Source of the DNA: Chloroflexota bacterium | GTDB taxonomy: Bacteria > Chloroflexota > JAJPGV01 | Direction of reading: 5' to 3' | DNA length: 40,938 nucleotides | Assembly: GCA_035532895.1 (NCBI GenBank) | Contig: DATKQD010000025.1 | Coordinates: 1-40,938, forward strand | Shown: in pieces, positions 35,617 through 40,938 of the stretch | Layout of the letters: each line of letters begins with the position of its first letter | Position numbering within the stretch: the stretch's first letter is position 1 | Notes under the pieces: generated by a model | What the model saw: only the letters and a program-made list of their open reading frames with translations | The model's database searches: none | Told to the model about the DNA's origin: nothing | Position numbers and translations under genes: made by a program

Positions 35617-37017
35617 GTGCAGAGGTGGGCAGCGGACGGGTCGCGCACAGCACGCAGGCGGTGGTTGGGACTCCCAGCGCTGGTGCTGGCGGGGCTGCTG
35701 GCAAGCTGCAGCGGGCCGGCCTTGCCATTCCAGCATCCGGACCCGAGCGTACTGCCGATTCAGCAGGGCTACAACGCGCTGCTGGCGCAGGATGTGGATA
35801 AGCCCAGCAGCGCGACCATCCTGCAGGCGGCGTATCACGGCGCCGTTGCGGCACTCACCAGCGCAGGCATTCAGGACACAACCCTCCGCCCGCTGCAGCT
35901 GGGCAGCAGCGCCAGTGGCAACTGGAGCGCCTTCTTGCAGGCCTACGGCCACATCACCAGCACCTATGAGCCGCGGCTCACCTCCAGCCAGCTTGAGTAC
36001 GCGGTCCTGAACGCCATGGCCGCCAGCCTCAAGGACTGCCAGACAAACTTCTTCGATCCGCCCGCCTATGCACAGCGCAAGGCCCAGCTGGCCGGGCAGC
36101 AGCAGTTCGGCGGCGTGGGCATCATCATGAAGGACATTCCGGGCCACCCCACGGTGCTGCGCGTACTGGCCGGGCCTGCCCAGCGCGCCGGCCTGAAGCC
36201 AGGCGATGAGATCGTGGCCGTGAATGGCAAAGCCGATGCCGGCGAAAGCTTTGCCCAGGTGCGCGACTCGGTACGCGGCACGCAGGGCACCACCGTACGC
36301 CTCACCGTACAGCGGCCCGGCGTACCTGCGCCACTCACCTTTGCCGTTACGCGCAGTCAAGTGCAGCCGCCCACGCTGGACGCGGCCATCATCGGCGGGA
36401 CCATCGGCTACGTGCACATCTACAGCTTTCCGCCCGCGGTACTCCAGGAGCTGGACAGTGCCCTCATGACCTTCGACCAGCGGGGCGTGAAGGGCGTGGT
36501 GCTTGACCTGCGAGACAACACCGGGGGGGACCAGCAAACAGTGGTGAGCGCCATCGGCCGGTTCGTCAAGGCCAGGACGGTGGAGCTGCAAGTGGACCGT
36601 TCGGGAACACGCACGCCATTCACGACCAAGGCGACGGATTACTGGAAGCAGCCCAAGCCGCTGGCCGTGCTGGTGGACGATGGGACGGTGTCCGGCGGCG
36701 AGATTTTCGCCAAGGCCATTCAGGAGGCCCACGCCGGCCCCATCATCGGGACGCCCACGGGGGGCTGCGTCTCAACCGCGCACACTTTTGCCTTGAGTGA
36801 TGGCTCGGCGCTGGATATCAGCGTCGCCACGGTGCTCTCCGGCAGCGGTGCGCCCATCAACCGGGTGGGGGTGACGCCGGACCAGGTGGTCGCTTACCCC
36901 GTGGACGACCTGGCCGCCGGCCGCGATCCCCAACTGCTGGCAGCCTTCCAGGATCTGCGTGGCGGGCCGCCAGTCGGCGGCAGCTCCGCCAGCCTGCCTT
37001 CACCAACCGCGCACTGA
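35617..37017 (+). CDS. S41-family C-terminal processing peptidase with a PDZ domain; lipoprotein
   Basis: Lipobox LVLAGLLASCSG. PDZ segment GVGIIMKD...VLAGPAQRAGLKPGDEIVAVNGK. S41 blocks VLDLRDNTGGD and LVDDGTVSGGEIFAKAIQ. Confidence 0.88.
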   Translation: MQRWAADGSRTARRRWLGLPALVLAGLLASCSGPALPFQHPDPSVLPIQQGYNALLAQDVDKPSSATILQAAYHGAVAALTSAGIQDTTLRPLQLGSSASGNWSAFLQAYGHITSTYEPRLTSSQLEYAVLNAMAASLKDCQTNFFDPPAYAQRKAQLAGQQQFGGVGIIMKDIPGHPTVLRVLAGPAQRAGLKPGDEIVAVNGKADAGESFAQVRDSVRGTQGTTVRLTVQRPGVPAPLTFAVTRSQVQPPTLDAAIIGGTIGYVHIYSFPPAVLQELDSALMTFDQRGVKGVVLDLRDNTGGDQQTVVSAIGRFVKARTVELQVDRSGTRTPFTTKATDYWKQPKPLAVLVDDGTVSGGEIFAKAIQEAHAGPIIGTPTGGCVSTAHTFALSDGSALDISVATVLSGSGAPINRVGVTPDQVVAYPVDDLAAGRDPQLLAAFQDLRGGPPVGGSSASLPSPTAH

Positions 37018-37110
37018 CCCCGCTTCCCCGCGCTCGTTTCTCGGTTGCAGCGAGGGGCTGGTTTCCCGTAGAGTTGGCGGCGAGATGCAGGGAACCGGAG
37101 TGGGACCAGG

Positions 37111-37779
37111 GTGATCGACAAGATTGTGGGCTCGGTGCGCGAGGCCGTGGCCGGCATAGCGGATGGGATGACCGTGCTGATCGGTGGCTTCACCGATGTG
37201 GGCGCGCCTTTCCAGCTGCTCGATGGCCTCTATGAAACCGGGGCGAAGAACCTGACGGTTGTGGCCAACGGCGCTGGCGCCGGTGAGCGCGGCCTGGCAG
37301 TTCTGGTGCGCGAGGGCCGCGTCCGGAAGATCATCTGCAGCTTTCCGACCGGCTCAGTGGCCGCGCGCGACGCCATCGCCCGCGGCGAACTGGAGCTGGA
37401 GGTCACGCCACAGGGCACGATGACGGAGCGCATGCGCGCCGCGGGCGCCGGCCTGGGCGGCGTGCTCACGCCCACGGGCTTGGGTACGGAACTGGGCGAG
37501 GGGAAGCCAGTGTACGAGCTGGATGGCAAGGCTTACCTGGTGGAGCGCCCCATCCATGCCGACTTCGCGCTCATACGCGCCTGGAAGGCCGACCGTTGGG
37601 GCAACGTCGCCTATCGCTATGCGCAGCGCAACTTCAACCCGGTGATGGCCATGGCCGCCAGCTGCACAGTTGTTCAGGTGGACGAGCTGGTGGACGGTCA
37701 GGGGCTGGCGCCAATGGAGGTGGATACGCCCGGCATCTTTGTGCATCGCGTGGTACGCGTGGATCGGGGAGCAGCATGA
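37111..37779 (+). CDS. scoA: 3-oxoacid CoA-transferase subunit A
   Basis: MIDKIVGSVREAVAGIADGMTVLIGGF...QGTMTERMRAAGAGLGG...AWKADRWGN. GTG start with GGAG about 10 nt upstream. Confidence 0.9.
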   Translation: MIDKIVGSVREAVAGIADGMTVLIGGFTDVGAPFQLLDGLYETGAKNLTVVANGAGAGERGLAVLVREGRVRKIICSFPTGSVAARDAIARGELELEVTPQGTMTERMRAAGAGLGGVLTPTGLGTELGEGKPVYELDGKAYLVERPIHADFALIRAWKADRWGNVAYRYAQRNFNPVMAMAASCTVVQVDELVDGQGLAPMEVDTPGIFVHRVVRVDRGAA

Positions 37780-38417
37780 GTGACGAACGCGGCTGGGACG
37801 AGCATGGCATTGCCCGCCGGGTGCTGGCCGACCTGTGGGAAGGGGCTTACGTGAACCTGGGCGTGGGCATGCCGGTGATCGTGAACGAAGTCATCCCGGC
37901 GGACATGGAAGTAGTGCTGCATAGTGAGAACGGCACGCTCGGCATGGGCCCCCCACCTCCGGAAGACGCGCGCGATCCCGACCTCACCAATGCCGGCGGG
38001 GGCTACCTGACGGTTCGCCCCGGCGCCAGCGTGTTTGATTCGTCGCTTTCCTTTTCCATGCTGCGCGGCGGTCATCTCGACGTCGCCATCCTGGGCGCGT
38101 ACCAGGTAAGCGCCGAGGGCGATTTGGCCAACTGGAAGCGCCCGGGCCAAACCACGGCTGGTATCGGTGGCGCCGCGGACATCAGCGTTGGCGCCAAGCG
38201 CGTGTGGGTCATGATGAAGCACCAAACCAACGACGGGCAGGCACGTCTGCTCAAGCAGTGCACCTTCTCCCTCACCGCGCGCGGCGTAGTGAAGCGCGTC
38301 TACACCGATATGGCCGTCATCGACATCACGCCCACCGGCCTCAAGCTGGTAGAAGTTGCCCCGGGCTACACCGCCGCCGACGTGGCCGCCGCGACGGACG
38401 CCCCGCTCGCCAGTTAG
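37776..38417 (+). CDS. scoB: 3-oxoacid CoA-transferase subunit B
   Basis: YVNLGVGMP and the catalytic SENG block (VLHSENGTLGMG). ATG37776 overlaps the scoA stop (ATGA). Confidence 0.9.
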   Translation: MSDERGWDEHGIARRVLADLWEGAYVNLGVGMPVIVNEVIPADMEVVLHSENGTLGMGPPPPEDARDPDLTNAGGGYLTVRPGASVFDSSLSFSMLRGGHLDVAILGAYQVSAEGDLANWKRPGQTTAGIGGAADISVGAKRVWVMMKHQTNDGQARLLKQCTFSLTARGVVKRVYTDMAVIDITPTGLKLVEVAPGYTAADVAAATDAPLAS

Positions 38418-38485
38418 GAGAGTCGCACCGCGGCCGGTTAACGCGGCAAGCCAGGCGCTGGCGCTGGAGCCGGTGATCCGGCTGC

Positions 38486-39538
38486 TCAGGACACGTCGAT
38501 GCGATAGAAGCGGGCGGCTGTATTACAGAAGAGGTCGGCGCGATCCTCAGCGCTGAAGCCGCGGGTCAGCAGCTTGCAGGCGTTCCAGTAGGCCGCGTAG
38601 GGGTAGGCGCCTTTATCCACGGGGAAATTACTCTCGAACATGCAGCGCGAGGGGCCAAAAGCCTCAATGCAGGTCTCAAAGTAAGGCCGAAAGGCATCCG
38701 CCAGCGCCTGCGTGGTGGGCGGGTTCGGCTGCAGGTGAGCGTCCAGGCCGCTCTGGCGCATGCCCAGCCCACCCAGCTTCATGTGCACATTGGGGCACGC
38801 CGCCAGCCGCTTGACGGCCGCCGACCAGTGGCCGAACACCTCGTCGCGCCGGTTAGCGTACACGCCGGTGTGCAGCGGCCCGCCCAGGTGATTGAGCACG
38901 ATGCGCGTTTCCGGGAAGGCGCGCGCCAGGTCAGTGAGGTCATCGATCTGGGGATGGTAGAGCCAGGCGTCATAGGAGAGATTCAGGGGTGCCAGGCAGG
39001 CGATACCCTGGCGAAACTGGTTGTCGGCCAACAGGCCCGGCGGAGCCACATTCGCCAGGTTCACCACAGAGCTGTCCGCGTCCCAGGTGGTGATGTGCCG
39101 CACGCCACGAAAGCGCCCACCGCCGGCCTGGATGTGTGCTTGGAGCACCTCCTCCGCGGCGGAGCCCAGGCGCAGGTCCGCGTAACCCACAATGCCCGCG
39201 CACACGCGCGTGGGGCCAAAACCGCCGCTGGCGCTCATGGCGGCGATACCGTTCACGAACTCCGTCTCGCCCACCGGCTTCATCGCCTCAGGCCCGCCGG
39301 CGCGGTGCATGGAACGGCACTGCAGGAAGACCGTCGCCACGACGTTGTGGCCGCTGTTCAGGTCCGCGAGCAACTCGTCCAGCAGGTAGCGCCAATCCGG
39401 CCGGTACCAGAGATGGTGGTGCGGGTCGAGGATGGGCAGATCCGGATCGAGGATCTCCTCGTGCCAGCGGCTCAGCCACTCCGCGCGAACGGGCAAGTTG
39501 GATGACTGGCTGGGTAGGGGCGACGCGGGTTCGGCCAT
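38486..39538 (-). CDS. Amidohydrolase-2 family metal-dependent hydrolase
   Basis: ILDPHHHLW N-terminal metal motif, VLNHLGGP and FESNFPVDK blocks. ATG39538 preferred over the TTG39574 track start. Confidence 0.83.
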   Translation of the reverse strand: MAEPASPLPSQSSNLPVRAEWLSRWHEEILDPDLPILDPHHHLWYRPDWRYLLDELLADLNSGHNVVATVFLQCRSMHRAGGPEAMKPVGETEFVNGIAAMSASGGFGPTRVCAGIVGYADLRLGSAAEEVLQAHIQAGGGRFRGVRHITTWDADSSVVNLANVAPPGLLADNQFRQGIACLAPLNLSYDAWLYHPQIDDLTDLARAFPETRIVLNHLGGPLHTGVYANRRDEVFGHWSAAVKRLAACPNVHMKLGGLGMRQSGLDAHLQPNPPTTQALADAFRPYFETCIEAFGPSRCMFESNFPVDKGAYPYAAYWNACKLLTRGFSAEDRADLFCNTAARFYRIDVS

Positions 39539-39737
39539 GGCGGTCACTTTCTCCTGAGCAGGCTCGGCAGGCAACGCGTGCAGCGCTCACGGTACCATTA
39601 AGCGCCTGGGCGGAAAGGAAAATCGGGGAAAGCGAAAGAAGGGGGATGAAATCCATCCCCAGGTATGCTACAAAGACATTCACTGTTCGGTCATGCCCTG
39701 GGGCTTGCCGTACACGGAGAGAAACAAGGAGCTTCAC

Positions 39738-40061
39738 GTGCCTGACCAAACCATCACCTGCCGCGACTGCGGCACCAATTTCATCTTCAGCGATTCAGAG
39801 CAGCAATTCTTCGCGGAGAAGGGCTTCACCAACGCGCCGTCACGCTGCCCGGATTGCCGTCGCGCCAACCGCGCTGGCGGCGGCTCCTCGCGTGGGGGCG
39901 GGGCCAGCCGCGACCGCGTGATGACGGATGTAACCTGCAGTTCCTGTGGCAAGCTCACCCAAGTGCCGTTCGTACCCCGCGGCGATCGCCCGGTGTACTG
40001 CTCGGACTGCTTCGCCACGCAGCGCGGCGGGTCCAGCTACGGCGGGGGCCGGCGCTACTGA
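39738..40061 (+). CDS. Zinc-ribbon protein with a CxxC-x17-CxxC domain and a Gly/Arg-rich tail
   Basis: ITCRDCGTNFIFSDSEQQFFAEKGF...RCPDCR followed by VTCSSCGKLTQVPFVPRGDRPVYCSDCF (exactly 17 residues between the CxxC pairs). GTG39738 has AAGGAG 6 nt upstream. Confidence 0.8.
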   Translation: MPDQTITCRDCGTNFIFSDSEQQFFAEKGFTNAPSRCPDCRRANRAGGGSSRGGGASRDRVMTDVTCSSCGKLTQVPFVPRGDRPVYCSDCFATQRGGSSYGGGRRY

Positions 40062-40555
40062 GAAAGCTCGCCGAGCGCAGCTAGCTGCGCTCGGCGCAAG
40101 TACCAACGAAGGGTGCCCTCGCCCAGCGCGGGGGCACCCTCGAAGGCCACGCAGACGACGCCTGCCGTGGATAGGTCGATGTGCGTTGTGGCCGCGGGGC
40201 TGATGCACTGGCCAGCGAAGGTGGCCATCTCGGGATTGTGGCCCACGATAAGCGTGTCGTTTGTGGCGACACGCAGCTGGTGGACCAATGGATCGAGGCC
40301 GGCGCCGGGCAGAAGCACGTCTGAAAGCGTCACGCCCTCGCCATCCAGCAGCTGCTGTGCAACCAACTCCGCCGTCTGCCGCGCGCGCACCAGTGGACTG
40401 GTCAGGATCAGGGCCGGGCGGGCGCCGGTCCGCGCTAACCCGCGCGCAACGCTGGCCGTTTCCGCGCGGCCCTCAACTGTGAGCGCGCGGTCGGCGTCCA
40501 CCATGCCCCCACGCCGCGCCTCAGCCGGCCCATGCCGCATGACATACAGCTTCAT
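40055..40555 (-). CDS. sixA: Phosphohistidine phosphatase SixA
   Basis: MKLYVMRHGPAE...LTVEGRAE...SPLVRARQTAE...GHNP is the histidine-phosphatase (RHG...H) signature at SixA size. The start is ATG40555 (or ATG40561). Confidence 0.85.
   Translation of the reverse strand: MKLYVMRHGPAEARRGGMVDADRALTVEGRAETASVARGLARTGARPALILTSPLVRARQTAELVAQQLLDGEGVTLSDVLLPGAGLDPLVHQLRVATNDTLIVGHNPEMATFAGQCISPAATTHIDLSTAGVVCVAFEGAPALGEGTLRWYLRRAQLAALGELSQ
40069..40096. terminator. Perfect 28-bp palindrome at the convergent junction (putative bidirectional terminator hairpin)
   Basis: CGCCGAGCGCAGCTAGCTGCGCTCGGCG equals its reverse complement. It starts 8 nt after the zinc-ribbon gene stop and lies inside the last ~14 codons of sixA. 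Confidence 0.5.
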
Positions 40556-40822
40556 CGACATCAGTTCGCGGCAAGTCTAACGAGGCGTCGGGCTTCGCCG
40601 GCGCGCCGCGGACCCACCAGCGGCAGTAACTCTGGGAGGTCGCTCATCGTCCCGGAAAGAAGTCGCGTCCAACAGGACTGCCGTTCCGGCAGCAGACCCG
40701 GTGTTCGGAAACCTGCCCTGCGGATGGGTCGCGGCGCTGATCCGCGGAGATTTTGGTGCCCGCGAGGCGCGCCCGCATGGTTGCATCCGCCACGACAGCA
40801 GTTCCATAGGTCTGGCCTCCTC

Positions 40823-40855
40823 TTGACAATACGTAACTTGTAAGTTACATATAGA
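40823..40855 (+). promoter_or_regulatory. Sigma-70-like promoter with an embedded 7-2-7 inverted repeat upstream of the ArsR-like gene
   Basis: TTGACA (40823-40828), a 17-nt spacer, then TACATA (40846-40851), with overlapping TATAGA (40850-40855) 7 nt before ATG40863. Perfect inverted repeat GTAACTT-GT-AAGTTAC at 40833-40848 inside the spacer. This is a conspicuous AT-rich patch in GC-rich DNA. Confidence 0.5.
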
Positions 40856-40862
40856 CCACGTC

Positions 40863-40938
40863 ATGTCGGTGACCGTGGATGACACCCTTTCAGCTCTGGC
40901 CGACCAAACCCGGCGCGAGATCATTGCCCGTCTCGCCG
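40863..40938 (+). CDS. ArsR/SmtB-family transcriptional regulator, 5' fragment (runs off the window)
   Basis: MSVTVDDTLSALADQTRREIIARLA resembles the ArsR-family N-terminal L..LADPTRR.IL..L helix. Only 25 codons are visible. Confidence 0.55.
   Translation, partial: MSVTVDDTLSALADQTRREIIARLA

Noticed and set aside
35272-36732. 486-aa minus-strand ORF
   Set aside because: It is antisense to the S41 peptidase gene, which has PDZ and S41 motifs. The composition is shadow-like and no motifs are present.
40577-40924. 115-aa minus-strand ORF; an internal start MELLSW... has a good AGAGGAGG SD at ~40810-40820
   Set aside because: The product is Arg/Pro/Ala-rich low complexity. The long form runs through the ArsR-gene promoter and start. 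It is kept only as a remote possibility for a ~75-aa divergent ORF.

Overview
This is a GC-rich (roughly two-thirds G+C by eye, not computed), densely coding bacterial chromosomal window. I found no rRNA, tRNA or CRISPR array. Many long all-Arg/Ala/Gly ORFs in the track are antisense shadows of real genes, as expected for high-GC DNA. I support about 45 CDS.

Left to right:
(1) An ATGA-coupled cassette of ApbE, a ferric-reductase-like membrane protein, a NuoF-like flavoprotein and a ferredoxin, preceded by a small membrane ORF.
(2) A minus-strand run of GT4 glycosyltransferase, two paralogous Thr-type sulfatase-fold proteins, a SAM methyltransferase, an OmpR-type response regulator and a histidine kinase. 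It is divergent from a PspC / LiaF-like (toast-rack) envelope-stress pair.
(3) Class II (B12-dependent) ribonucleotide reductase nrdJ.
(4) A ~530-nt non-coding island with a decayed ISKra4-like transposase fragment and a perfect 20-bp palindrome.
(5) An unusual ferritin-like / TM / cytochrome c fusion, then msrA, then a MetE-like plus oxidoreductase pair.
(6) mnmE with a translationally coupled Cys-motif-repeat orphan.
(7) The conserved nusA-ylxR-infB-rbfA-truB-ribF block, without rimP.
(8) An FAD oxidoreductase, a CGNR zinc-finger protein and an orphan 612-aa solute-binding lipoprotein.
(9) An orphan 254-aa protein, and a candidate 54-aa signal-peptide ORF adjacent to a zinc-ribbon ORF.
(10) An ACT-domain protein, a HAD hydrolase, an S41 peptidase, scoAB, an amidohydrolase, a CxxC-x17-CxxC zinc-ribbon protein, sixA and the 5' end of an ArsR-like gene.

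Nothing here is an obvious defence island or mobile element. The most system-like candidates are the ApbE/FRD/NuoF-like/ferredoxin cassette, the mnmE-coupled repeat protein, the ferritin-like-cytochrome c fusion and the small-peptide/zinc-ribbon pair. All calls rest on motifs read by eye from the translations. No database search was run, and many start codons are uncertain.
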